DNA from: Candidatus Rokuibacteriota bacterium
GTDB lineage: Bacteria > Methylomirabilota > Methylomirabilia > Rokubacteriales > CSP1-6
Reading direction: 5' to 3'
NCBI GenBank assembly: GCA_003220345.1
Contig: QHSC01000099.1
Span: forward strand, 1,601 to 65,600
DNA length: 64,000 bases
Positions 19,515 to 28,602 of this stretch are shown here, one piece after another. Each line of letters begins with the position of its first letter. The stretch's first letter is position 1. The position numbers and the translations under genes were made by a program. The notes under the pieces are model-generated. The model was given only the letters and a program-made list of their open reading frames with translations. It did not search any database and was not told the DNA's origin.

Positions 19515-20750
19515 GTGCCCCGGATCAACGAGGCTTTCCTGAATCTCCAGGCGAGCTATCTCTTCGCCGAGGTCAAGCGGCGTAGCCAGGCCTATCGCGA
19601 GGCGCACCCCGATGCGCGGCTGATCGACCTGGGGATCGGCGACGTCACGCTGCCGCTTCCGCCGGCGGTGGTCCGGGCCCTGGAGGTGGCCGTCGGCGAG
19701 CAGGCGAGCGCCGAGACGCTCAAGGGCTACGGCCCCTACATAGGCTACGAGTTCCTCCGCGGCGAGATCGCCGCGCACGACTTCGGCGCGCGTGACGTCA
19801 AGCTCGGCGCCGACGAGATCTTCGTGAGTGACGGCGGCAAGAGTGACGCCGCGAACATCCAGGAGCTGTTCGCGCAGGACTCCGTCGTGGCCCTGATGGA
19901 CCCCGCCTACCCGGTGTACGCGGACGCCAACGTGATGGCCGGCCGATCGCGTCCCGCCGACAGCACGGGGCGCTATGCCGACTTCGTGTACCTGCCGTGC
20001 ACCGCGGAGAACGACTTCCAGCCGGCGTTGCCCGATCGGCACGTCGACCTGATCTACCTCTGCTACCCGAACAATCCGACCGGCGCCGTGATGACGCGCG
20101 GGGCGCTCGGGCGCTGGGTCGACTATGCTCGCGCGCACGAGGCGGTGATCGTCTACGACGCCGCCTACGAGGCGTACATCCGGGACTCCGACATCCCACA
20201 TTCGATCTACGAGATCGAGGGGGCGCGCGAGGTGGCCATCGAGTCCCGCAGCTTCTCGAAGAGCGCCGGATTCACCGGCTTGCGGATGGCCTACACGGTC
20301 GTGCCCCGCGAGGCGCAGGGGCGGACGGCGGATGGCCGTGCCGTGAGCCTGAACCAGCTCTGGCTTCGCCGACAATCGACGAAGTCGAACGGTCCGCCCT
20401 ATGTCATCCAGCGGGCCGCCGCGGCCGTCTACACGCCGGAGGGCCAGCAGCAGGTCCGAGCCCTGATCGACCACTACATGGAGAACGCCCGCATCATCCG
20501 CGCGGGCCTGGAGGCGGCTGGTCTCACCGTGTACGGCGGGCGCAATGCGCCGTACATCTGGATCCGCACGCCGGCCGGCGTGTCCTCGTGGGATTTCTTC
20601 GACCGCCTCCTCGCCGAAGCCCAGGTGATCGGCGTGCCCGGATCCGGCTTCGGCCCGAGCGGCGAGGGCTACTTCCGCGTCACGGCCTTCGGCTCCCGCG
20701 CGCAGAGTGCCGAGGCGGTCGAGCGCATCGCGGCCCGCCTGCGCGGATAG
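19515..20750 (+). CDS. dapL: LL-diaminopimelate aminotransferase
   Basis: 411 aa. The N-terminal INEAFLNLQASYLFAEV, SFSKSAGFTGLRMAYTVVP and PGSGFGPSGEGYFRVTAFG closely match DapL (AGD2-type). AAAGGAG RBS before the GTG. Confidence 0.88.
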   Translation: MPRINEAFLNLQASYLFAEVKRRSQAYREAHPDARLIDLGIGDVTLPLPPAVVRALEVAVGEQASAETLKGYGPYIGYEFLRGEIAAHDFGARDVKLGADEIFVSDGGKSDAANIQELFAQDSVVALMDPAYPVYADANVMAGRSRPADSTGRYADFVYLPCTAENDFQPALPDRHVDLIYLCYPNNPTGAVMTRGALGRWVDYARAHEAVIVYDAAYEAYIRDSDIPHSIYEIEGAREVAIESRSFSKSAGFTGLRMAYTVVPREAQGRTADGRAVSLNQLWLRRQSTKSNGPPYVIQRAAAAVYTPEGQQQVRALIDHYMENARIIRAGLEAAGLTVYGGRNAPYIWIRTPAGVSSWDFFDRLLAEAQVIGVPGSGFGPSGEGYFRVTAFGSRAQSAEAVERIAARLRG

Positions 20751-20815
20751 CTGGCTATATGCCCGATCCCGGCCTCGGCGCACGACTCCGCGCCAGAGGG
20801 ACTTTCAAAGGGCTG

Positions 20816-21601
20816 ATGCGCCGAGACTCGTTCGGGTGTGTTTCCCTGTGGCATCGGCACCGATCGCCGCTGAGGCGCCGGCTGGCCGCTTTCACGGCGG
20901 CGTCCATGCTGTCGGGATGCGTCTCGAGCGCGCCACCCCGCGAGTCCCCTCCTGACACCCTGCGCCTGCTCCCTGCCGGATCGGCGGCATCGGTCCTCTA
21001 CGTAGCGCTGGGCGATAGCACGGTGGAGGGCGTTGGCGCCTCCGCGCCCACGCGCAACTACGTGGGCCGGCTCCACGAGCGGCTCCTCGAGGTGTACCCC
21101 CGCGCGCGGCTGGTGAACCTCGGGGTCGGTGGCGCCACGGCTGCCGGAGTACTGGGTCGCCAGCTCCCGCGCGCTCTCGGGCTCCAGCCCGATCTCGTCA
21201 CGCTGTCGGTCGGTCCGAACGACATCACGCGAGAGCGGGATCCCGCGAGCTACGCCCGCGACATCGAGACAATCCTCCGGACCCTCACGAACCGCACGAC
21301 CGCCGTCGTGGTGGTCAATCTCATCCCCGATCTCACCCTCACGCCTCGGTTCCGAGGCAAGGAGATCGAGCCGCGGCTGCGGCAGCGGGTGGTCGCGTTC
21401 AACGAAATTCTGACTCGTCAGGCGCGCGCCCACGGAACTGAAATCGTTGACCTCTACACCGCGAGCCACCAGGAGGTGCCGAGCCGGCCTGAGTTGATCG
21501 GCGCCGACCACTATCATCCGTCGGATGAGGGGTACGCGCGCTGGGCTGAATTGATGTGGGCCGGGATCGAACCGAGGATCATGCGCCCGCCGAAGCGCTG
21601 A
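20816..21601 (+). CDS. SGNH/GDSL hydrolase family lipoprotein
   Basis: ATG 20816. Lipobox MLSGC. Block I ALGDSTVEG (GDS) and block V DHYHPS (DxxH). Confidence 0.75.
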   Translation: MRRDSFGCVSLWHRHRSPLRRRLAAFTAASMLSGCVSSAPPRESPPDTLRLLPAGSAASVLYVALGDSTVEGVGASAPTRNYVGRLHERLLEVYPRARLVNLGVGGATAAGVLGRQLPRALGLQPDLVTLSVGPNDITRERDPASYARDIETILRTLTNRTTAVVVVNLIPDLTLTPRFRGKEIEPRLRQRVVAFNEILTRQARAHGTEIVDLYTASHQEVPSRPELIGADHYHPSDEGYARWAELMWAGIEPRIMRPPKR

Positions 21602-21774
21602 GTACGCTCTCGTTCTGCCGGCGCCCGGAACGCCGCGGCTCCGGGGACCGGCCTCGAGCTGCGTGCGCGTCCCTGCGTCCGTGAGCGCCCGGCCGATCCT
21701 CGGCGTCGTCGAGCCACTTGGAGTCATCCGCGCCCCTACTGGCGCGAGTTCAAGGTCCTGGAGCGCGTCGGCGG

Positions 21775-23043
21775 TCAGCGCGCTCCGCCCAGCGGCAGGG
21801 TGAGCACGGGGCTGACCCCGGTCTTCCCGGTCAGCTCGAGACGCGCGAGCTCCACGAGGAGCGAGAAGGTGGCCTTGGTGTCCTGGTCCGTCTGATCGAT
21901 GTAGAACCAGTACCCCTTGTAGAGGATGGCGACATGGGCACGAGGTGGCCGCTTGTCGCTGGCGACCGAGTACACGCGGAAAAGGTCCACGGTCAGGCGC
22001 TGCCAGTCGAAGGGCTGGCCCGACGGGTCGCGCGTCACCGTGACCAGACCCGCGGCGGCATGCTCGGAGGGAATCTCGATTCCGTGGCTCACGTAATAGA
22101 GTGCCTGCAGGAGCGAGCGAGTCTCCAGGTCGATGCTGGTCACGCCCTCGCTCGGATACGTGGACGGAAATGGGTTGAGCTTCTCCTGGGTGATGGGAAA
22201 CTTGCTGATGCCCCGCTTGAGTCGGAACACCTCCGTGACCTCGCGCACCTCCGCCGACTCCATGGCCCGCGGATCCAGGAGCAGGACGGGCTGCGGGGTC
22301 TTCTTGAACAGGGTCCACGCCGTGCCCCGCTCGTCGAGCCGGTACTCGTAGCCGCTCTTGGCAGCCTCGACCATGTCCCGAGCGGTGACGCTTCCGGCAG
22401 GCAGAGGGCTTCCCTGCGCCTCGCTCCGCTCCTCCACGCCGAACACGAGCTGACCGCGGTTCTGGAGCACCTGCATGGCCCGGACTCCTCGCAAGAACTC
22501 CTCGTAAGCAGGCGAGAGCTTCGGGGTGGGCCCACTCGCCGTCTGGGCATTGGGCACCCAGTTGAGGTTCTCCAGGTAGAGGCGAAACACGGTGGCGATC
22601 GGCCACGTGGTCTTGGCGAGGTAGAGGATCCCGTCCAGGGGGACGGGGGTGAAGAGCTTGCGCGTGAACTCCTGATCGTCGAGAGGCGTGAGGGTGAAGG
22701 TTGGGCGGTCGGCGCCTGCGATACCCAGCTGGGGCAGGACGGCGGCGTAGCTCTTGGCCACTTCGGCCCCGGACGCGACGAAGAACGGCGTCAGCTGGAA
22801 GTTCTTGGTCAGCTCGTATTGGGCGGCGATGGCGGAGACGGCCAGGCTACTGGGCGTATCCGTATACCGCAGCCGCACGATGTTGAGGAGCAGCTCCTCC
22901 TCGCTGCTCGCCTTCACCGTCTCGTTGTACTGGAGCCGGCTCTCGTGCAGGGCCCCCGGGCCCAGGGACGAGCACCCGGTGGCGAGCACAGAAGCGACGA
23001 TGATCCAGGTGATCCAGGTCGCGCCGCCGGTCACGTTCGCCAT
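21775..23043 (-). CDS. Conserved hypothetical lipoprotein (unknown function)
   Basis: ATG 23043 gives the signal peptide plus lipobox IIVASVLATGCSS. 422 aa with no family recognised. High-GC3 coding frame. Confidence 0.6.
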   Translation of the reverse strand: MANVTGGATWITWIIVASVLATGCSSLGPGALHESRLQYNETVKASSEEELLLNIVRLRYTDTPSSLAVSAIAAQYELTKNFQLTPFFVASGAEVAKSYAAVLPQLGIAGADRPTFTLTPLDDQEFTRKLFTPVPLDGILYLAKTTWPIATVFRLYLENLNWVPNAQTASGPTPKLSPAYEEFLRGVRAMQVLQNRGQLVFGVEERSEAQGSPLPAGSVTARDMVEAAKSGYEYRLDERGTAWTLFKKTPQPVLLLDPRAMESAEVREVTEVFRLKRGISKFPITQEKLNPFPSTYPSEGVTSIDLETRSLLQALYYVSHGIEIPSEHAAAGLVTVTRDPSGQPFDWQRLTVDLFRVYSVASDKRPPRAHVAILYKGYWFYIDQTDQDTKATFSLLVELARLELTGKTGVSPVLTLPLGGAR

Positions 23044-23143
23044 GAGGCTCCGCCTCCTCCGCGGTCTACTCTCGCCGGATCCGATCGACACGATATAGCC
23101 GGGGACGACCGTGGCAATCAAGCCGTCTGTGCCGGACAGCCGC

Positions 23144-24415
23144 TCATGCGGATCCGGCGTGTGTCAGCGCCTTTCGCAAGCGCGAGGGCGTCACCCGCCG
23201 GAGCACCACCTTGCCCGCGCCCACGAAAGTGCCGAGGGACGCGAAGGCATCCCGCAGCCCGTCCAGCGCCTCGTCCTGATCCAGGCGAGCGCCGCCGGTG
23301 GGCGGCTTCTGCCCCGAGGCGAACCACGGCTCGAAGTGGACGTGTCGAATCTCCAGCCGCCCTTCGGCGCGGTGGCGCTTGGCGTCGACGCGGCCGATGA
23401 GGTGGCCGTGATGGAGGATGGGCAGCGTGTAGTAGCCGTGCACCCGCTTGTGCCCGGGCGTGTAGACCTCGATGCGGTAGTCGAAGCCGAAGAGGCGCGC
23501 CACCCGGTCGCGATACCACAGGAGCGAGTCGAAGGGCGAGAGCAGGGTCGTCCCGCGCGATGGCGTGGGCGCTCGCCGTGCCCGGGCGAGGGCGGGAAGG
23601 TCGCGCGTGAGGGCGAGCCAGCGGCCCGGCCGGCCTTCGATCTCGAGCGCCGTCACCTCGCCACCCTCGATCATCGCGCGGAGCGCGGCGCGGCGAGGAC
23701 CCGGCCCGAGGCGCGGGAAGGTCAGGTAGTGGGTCAGGTCCAGCTCCGTCGCCGCGCCCATGGCGTGCAGCGAGCGCTCGATGTGCCAGCGCTGGAAGTC
23801 CTCGGACGAGACCGCCGCGCCGCCGAGCGAGTCGGGGATCGCGCGCTCCAGGAGGTCGAAGCGCTTCTGGAAGTGCTGCCGCGAATGAACGGTCAGCGCG
23901 CCGGTCATCCACAGGTAGTGCAGCGCATGCTGAACGGGCCGCCAGCTCCACCACCCGGCGGCGCCCGCGGGGCGGCGGCCCTCGAAATCTCCCTGGGCCA
24001 TCGGGCCATTGGCGAGCACGGCCGCCTTCACCCGGTCCAGCACCTTCGCGTTCCGGCGGAGCCACCTGGACCAGCCGGTGTGGCGGAGTCGGTAGTCGAG
24101 CATGGCGCGTCGCCACCAGGGCAGCATGGTGGTCGGGACGAGGCAGGCGGCGTGGGCCCAGTACTCGAAGAGGAGGCGGCGCCGATAGACGATCCGGTCG
24201 AGCCACGCGCGATCGTAGGGGCCGAAGCGGCTCCACACGGTGAGGTAGTGGGCGCGCTCGAGCACGTTGATCGAGTCGAGCTGGAGACCGCCCACGTCCT
24301 CGACGAAGCGGGCGAGCCGGTGTGCGGTGAGGGTCAGCGCGCGCGGCCGCGCGAGGTGCTGACGCTGGAGAAAGAGCGCGGTCACCGCGCGCAGCGGAAT
24401 GGAAGGGCCGGGCAT
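23144..24415 (-). CDS. Winged-helix DNA glycosylase YcaQ/AlkZ-like (DUF1006) protein
   Basis: FVEDVGGLQLDSINVLERAHYLTVWSRF and FEYWAHAACLVP are typical of the YcaQ family. Start taken at ATG 24415, because the upstream ORF extension overlaps the divergent gene. Confidence 0.8.
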   Translation of the reverse strand: MPGPSIPLRAVTALFLQRQHLARPRALTLTAHRLARFVEDVGGLQLDSINVLERAHYLTVWSRFGPYDRAWLDRIVYRRRLLFEYWAHAACLVPTTMLPWWRRAMLDYRLRHTGWSRWLRRNAKVLDRVKAAVLANGPMAQGDFEGRRPAGAAGWWSWRPVQHALHYLWMTGALTVHSRQHFQKRFDLLERAIPDSLGGAAVSSEDFQRWHIERSLHAMGAATELDLTHYLTFPRLGPGPRRAALRAMIEGGEVTALEIEGRPGRWLALTRDLPALARARRAPTPSRGTTLLSPFDSLLWYRDRVARLFGFDYRIEVYTPGHKRVHGYYTLPILHHGHLIGRVDAKRHRAEGRLEIRHVHFEPWFASGQKPPTGGARLDQDEALDGLRDAFASLGTFVGAGKVVLRRVTPSRLRKALTHAGSA

Positions 24416-24469
24416 CCCGACCGAGAGAGTACCACCGCGGAGCGGCGACACCTGCGCTAGGATACGGCC

Positions 24470-24778
24470 ATGGCCGGCGCGGAGTACCGCTCGTTCCGCG
24501 AGTTCTATCCCTTCTATCTCACCGAGCACAGCAAGAGCGGCACCCGGCGCCTGCACTTCGCGGGCACGCTGCTCGTCCTCCTCACCCTCGGCTACGTGCT
24601 CGTGGCGCAGCAGTGGTGCTTCCTCGCGCTGCTCCCTGTGTTCGGCTACGGCTTCGCCTGGGTCGCCCACTTCGCGGTGGAGCGGAACCGGCCCGCGACC
24701 TTCCAGTACCCGCTCTACAGCCTGGCCGGCGACTTCCGGATGTTCGCCGACATGCTCCGCGGCCGCGTCGCCTTCTGA
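24470..24778 (+). CDS. DUF962 / Mpo1-like membrane protein
   Basis: 102 aa. FREFYPFYLTEHSKSGTRRLHFAGT and two TM helices, as in the DUF962 (YGL010w-like) family. Confidence 0.75.
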   Translation: MAGAEYRSFREFYPFYLTEHSKSGTRRLHFAGTLLVLLTLGYVLVAQQWCFLALLPVFGYGFAWVAHFAVERNRPATFQYPLYSLAGDFRMFADMLRGRVAF

Positions 24779-24779
24779 A

Positions 24780-25973
24780 TCACGTCGCCCCGTCCGCCTC
24801 GAGCGCCCTGATCTCGGCCTCGTCGTAGCCCAGCTCCTTCAGGATCTCGCCGCGGTGCTGCCCGAGCACCGGGGCGACAGCGATCACCGTCTTCGAGGCG
24901 GAGAGCTTGATGGGATTGCCCACGGTGACGTAGCGCCCGCGCACCGGATGCTCGACCTCGACGATCATGTCCCGGGCGCGGAGGTGCGGATCGGTCATCA
25001 CCTCGCCGGTGTCGAGGCAGGCCCCGCAGGGCACGCCGGCGCCGGCGAGAATCTTCACGACCTCGTGCTTGGAGCGCTCCGAGGTCCACGCTTCCACGAG
25101 GCCATTGACCTCGTCCCGGCGCTGCCAGCGGGCCTCCGGCGCCTCGTAGCGCGCATCCCCGATGAGATCCTCGCGTCCGATGGCGCGCAGGAACGGATGC
25201 CACATCTGCTGCTGGGTGAAGATGAAGACGTAGTCATTCGGCCCGCCGGGATGGCAGCGGTACGTCGTGCCCGGCACGTTCGTGCCGAGCTGATTGCCCG
25301 TTCGCGCCGCCGGCTTGCCGAGGCGCTGGTGATCGCGGAGGCTCACGCGGATGAGGTTCACCACCACGTCCTGCATGGAGACCTCGACCTGCTGGCCTTG
25401 CCCGGACTCGTGGCGCTGCATGAGCCCGGCGAGGATCCCGATCACGCAGTGCATGCCCGTGCCGGAATCTCCGATGGACGGCCAGACATACGTGGGCGGG
25501 CCGTCGGGGAAGCCCGTGACACTCATGCCTCCCCCCATGGCCTGGGCGATCGGCTCGTAGCTCTTGTAGTCGCTGTACGGTCCGTAGGAGCCGAACCCCT
25601 TGATGCTCGCGTACACGAGGCGCGGGTTGAGCGCCTTCACGGCGGGATAGCCGAAGCCCAGGCGATCGAGGACGCCCGGCCCGAAGTTCTCGAGGAGCAC
25701 GTCGGCCGTCTTCAGGAGGGCCCGAAAGACCTCCTTGCCTCGGGGGTGCTTCAGGTTGAGGGGAAGGCTCCGCTTGTTGGCGTTGAAGGAGAGGAAGAAG
25801 AGGCTGTCGGAGTCCGCCCGGTCCCGATGCGTGTGACGCGCCGGATCCCCCCGCTCCGGCTCCTCGACCTTGACGACGTCGGCCCCCAGCCACGCGAGCA
25901 TCTGGCCGCAGGAGGGCCCCGCCTGATTGTTCGTGATGTCGACCACTCGAATGCCCGAGAGGGCCTGACTCAT
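24780..25973 (-). CDS. Family III CoA-transferase (CaiB/BaiF), formyl-CoA-transferase-like
   Basis: 397 aa. N-terminal LSGIRVVDITNNQAGPSCGQMLAWLGADVVKVE, and similarity along the length to Frc/YfdW as I remember it. Confidence 0.9.
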   Translation of the reverse strand: MSQALSGIRVVDITNNQAGPSCGQMLAWLGADVVKVEEPERGDPARHTHRDRADSDSLFFLSFNANKRSLPLNLKHPRGKEVFRALLKTADVLLENFGPGVLDRLGFGYPAVKALNPRLVYASIKGFGSYGPYSDYKSYEPIAQAMGGGMSVTGFPDGPPTYVWPSIGDSGTGMHCVIGILAGLMQRHESGQGQQVEVSMQDVVVNLIRVSLRDHQRLGKPAARTGNQLGTNVPGTTYRCHPGGPNDYVFIFTQQQMWHPFLRAIGREDLIGDARYEAPEARWQRRDEVNGLVEAWTSERSKHEVVKILAGAGVPCGACLDTGEVMTDPHLRARDMIVEVEHPVRGRYVTVGNPIKLSASKTVIAVAPVLGQHRGEILKELGYDEAEIRALEADGAT

Positions 25974-26018
25974 CCGTCGATCCCCTGGACCGGCGGCAGC
26001 GCTCGAGACAGCCGAGAA

Positions 26019-26909
26019 TCAGCGAGCATCCGGCGGCGCCACGACCACGTCCTCGTACCGGTGCCGCTTGGTGATGAGCTTGGCGCGGTGGAAGACATCG
26101 AGGGCGACCTCGAAGGCCGGGCGTGTGATCTCGACGTGGGGCGTCCAGCAGCCGAGCTTCTGGTAGTAGGCGATGGTCGAGGTGAGCACGGCCTGGTCGA
26201 TCTCGGGGAAGAACGAGGCCTCGGCCTCGGCAACCTTCGGCGCCGGCGTCTCGATGAGCCAGGCGCGCGCCTTCCGGTAGGCGCGCATGAAACGCTTGGC
26301 CGCCTCCGTGCCCAGCCATTCTCGCGTGGCGGCCAGGCTCGAGAAGGCCACGGGGCCGATCGCCTCGCCCACCGAGGCGACGACGTGGCCCACGCCGTCG
26401 TGCTCGAGCTGCTGGGGCGCAGGGCCCTGCTGGTGGATGTAGTCGCCGTCGCCCTTCCGGAACGCCTGATCCATCTGCGCGCTGGGAAGATCGACCGCCG
26501 TGATCGCCGCGAAGTCGAGGCCGCGACGGTGACACGCGTACTTGAACATGGCGAGCGGCTGGCCGCCGTGGTCGACGAGCACCCGCGTGCCCTTGAGCTT
26601 GTCCCAGGTGAAGGAGGGGTCGGCGGCACGTCCCGTGAGGAAGAAGCCGTCCTTCTCGTTGATCTGGGCGAAATGCATGACGGGCGGCCGCTGCCCCTTC
26701 TCGAGGGGGCCGAAGCCCTGCGAGGGCGCCGACTGGGCGACCTGCACCGTCCCGTTCACGAGTCCCTCGATGGCCGACTTGCCGGGCGGAGCGATCGAGT
26801 GCTTCGGCTCGAACCCCTCTGCCTTCAGGAAGCCGCCCGCGATCGTGGCGATCAGGGGCGAGTAGAACGCGGAAAAGCGTGTGAACTGGATGCTGATCTG
26901 GTCACTCAA
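26019..26909 (-). CDS. NMT1/THI5-like (NitT/TauT-type binding-protein fold) protein without signal peptide
   Basis: 296 aa. FSAFYSPLIATIAGGFLKAEG is typical of SsuA/THI5-like proteins. There is no N-terminal hydrophobic signal, so it is probably cytoplasmic. Confidence 0.6.
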   Translation of the reverse strand: MSDQISIQFTRFSAFYSPLIATIAGGFLKAEGFEPKHSIAPPGKSAIEGLVNGTVQVAQSAPSQGFGPLEKGQRPPVMHFAQINEKDGFFLTGRAADPSFTWDKLKGTRVLVDHGGQPLAMFKYACHRRGLDFAAITAVDLPSAQMDQAFRKGDGDYIHQQGPAPQQLEHDGVGHVVASVGEAIGPVAFSSLAATREWLGTEAAKRFMRAYRKARAWLIETPAPKVAEAEASFFPEIDQAVLTSTIAYYQKLGCWTPHVEITRPAFEVALDVFHRAKLITKRHRYEDVVVAPPDAR

Positions 26910-27081
26910 CGACGCCTCCCGGGTGCACGGTGGACGGCTTGGCTCGCTCGATCGGCGCGGGTAGGATCGCGCCCCCCATCGCCGGAGTCAAGGCGTACTG
27001 GCACGGCAACGAGCAGCGTGAACGGCGACACCCAAGGTAGGATACCGCCATGGCCACCTCACTGCCCCGCCCGTTCGCGTC

Positions 27082-28110
27082 GTGATGTTTCCCGTCGTCG
27101 AGAACATCCTGAAGACCGACAGGCACAAGACCTTCTATCTCGCCTGTGGCGTCGAGGACGCCCCGCTGATGATCTTCGTGCACGGCTGGCCGGAGCTCGC
27201 GATCAGCTGGCGGCATCAGCTGCCCTGCTTCGCCGATCTCGGCTTCCGCGCCGTCGCGCCGGACATGCGGGGCTATGGCCGATCGAGCGTGTATTCGCGT
27301 CACGAGGACTACGCGCTGGAGCAGTCCGTCGCGGACCTGATCGAGCTGCTCGACGCGCTGGGCGGGGAGAAGGCCATCTGGGTCGGCCACGATTGGGGGA
27401 GCCCGGTGGTGTCGAGCCTGGCCAGCCATCATCCCGAGCGATGCTTCGGCGTGGCCAACCTCTGCGTGCCGTACCTGGCGCGGGGCTTTGCTCCCCAGAC
27501 CCTCATCCCTCTCGTCGACCGCTCCCTCTATCCCGACGCGCAATTCCCCGCGGGGCAGTGGGAGTATCAGCTCTTCTACGAGGAGAGCTTCGACAAGGCG
27601 CGGGCCGCCTTCGAGGCCAACGTCTCCAACACCGTCAAGGCCCTGATCAGAAAGGGAAGCGCGAGCGGCAAGGGCAAGCCGTCCCGCACCGCGCACGTGC
27701 GTCGGGACGGCGGCTGGTTCGGGGGCAAGGGGCAGGCGCCCGAGGTGCCGATGGACACGGATGTGCTGACGCCGGCGGATTTTGACACATACGTGGCCGC
27801 CCTCGAGAGGAACGGCTTCTTCGGCCCGGACTCCTGGTACATGAACAGCGCGCGCAACCTCGAGTTCGCGCGCCAAGCCGTGCATGGCGGCGTCTTGAGC
27901 CTGCCCGTCTTGTTCCTTCACGGCGAGTACGACTACACGTGCGAGACCGTCGCCTCCCGTCTGGCGGATCCGATGCGGAAAGATTGCCGGAACCTGACCG
28001 AGGTGATCGTCCCGTCCGGCCACTGGATGGCCCAGGAGAAGCCGGCGGCCGTGAATGCCGCCCTCGCCAAGTGGCTGGCCGTGCAGCTCCCTGAAGTTTG
28101 GGTTGCCTGA
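27082..28110 (+). CDS. Alpha/beta hydrolase, epoxide-hydrolase-like
   Basis: HGWPE oxyanion motif and GHDWGS nucleophile elbow (Asp nucleophile type). 342 aa. GTG 27082 or ATG 27085. Confidence 0.85.
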   Translation: MMFPVVENILKTDRHKTFYLACGVEDAPLMIFVHGWPELAISWRHQLPCFADLGFRAVAPDMRGYGRSSVYSRHEDYALEQSVADLIELLDALGGEKAIWVGHDWGSPVVSSLASHHPERCFGVANLCVPYLARGFAPQTLIPLVDRSLYPDAQFPAGQWEYQLFYEESFDKARAAFEANVSNTVKALIRKGSASGKGKPSRTAHVRRDGGWFGGKGQAPEVPMDTDVLTPADFDTYVAALERNGFFGPDSWYMNSARNLEFARQAVHGGVLSLPVLFLHGEYDYTCETVASRLADPMRKDCRNLTEVIVPSGHWMAQEKPAAVNAALAKWLAVQLPEVWVA

Positions 28111-28330
28111 CCCCAGCTTTACGGACGGCTCCGAGATAACACTTCCGACCCCGGTAAGGCTTACCGATGCTTACCGACCCAAGGTGAGCCGTGTCGCGTG
28201 ACTTTGCACTTCCTTCCTCAAAGTTCCCGCAAACATCCGGAGAACGCGAGCTTGCGGGGGTGGCACAGAAGATGCTGAAGCAGGGGTTGGAAGAGCGGCA
28301 TTGTCCCAAGCGCATGAGGAGGAAGCGGCC

Positions 28331-28486
28331 ATGGAACATGACTTCGTGTACTGCCCGAGGTGCTTACGGTATTCGGTCGTTCACTGGATGCGTGGCCTCG
28401 GCCAGTGGGAGTGTGAGGATTGCTCATACCGGTTGCCCAGAGAGGAGATGCTGGAATGGACAACCACTGCGACGCTGCCGTCATAG
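28331..28486 (+). CDS. Small zinc-ribbon protein (hypothetical, 51 aa)
   Basis: ATG 28331 is preceded by GAGGAGGA with a 7-nt spacer. Two CxxC pairs (CPRC ... CEDC). Lies in a locally low-GC intergenic islet. Confidence 0.4.
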   Translation: MEHDFVYCPRCLRYSVVHWMRGLGQWECEDCSYRLPREEMLEWTTTATLPS

Positions 28487-28584
28487 CTCTCATGCTGGTT
28501 CTCTTGGCCTGCCTCACCGTCTTCTTCTTCAAGGTGGGGACGCCGAGCGGCGAGCTCGTGGCACTGCTGTTTCCCCGATTCTGA
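28456..28584 (+). CDS. Possible small single-TM peptide (42 aa)
   Basis: ATG 28456 is preceded by AGGAG with an 8-nt spacer. Translation is MDNHCDAAVIALMLVLLACLTVFFFKVGTPSGELVALLFPRF. Overlaps the zinc-ribbon ORF by 31 nt and is below the ORF-track cutoff. Confidence 0.25.
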   Translation: MDNHCDAAVIALMLVLLACLTVFFFKVGTPSGELVALLFPRF

Positions 28585-28602
28585 GCGGGTTGGGGAGACC
28601 GG

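Noticed and set aside
20669-23400. 645-aa minus ORF (20669..22606) and 560-aa plus ORF (21718..23400)
   Set aside because: They overlap the SGNH hydrolase and lipoprotein genes on the opposite strand or in another frame, and they have Arg/Pro/Gly-rich composition without motifs.
24780-25973. Calling this gene frc and inferring an oxalate degradation pathway
   Set aside because: There is similarity to formyl-CoA transferase. But no oxalyl-CoA decarboxylase or oxalate:formate antiporter is adjacent, and family III transferases are promiscuous in annotation. I kept it at family level.
24399-27785. 1128-aa plus-strand ORF
   Set aside because: It is antisense to the CoA-transferase and NMT1-like genes and out of frame with the DUF962 and hydrolase genes. 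It is low-complexity Arg/Gly/Ala-rich with no motifs.
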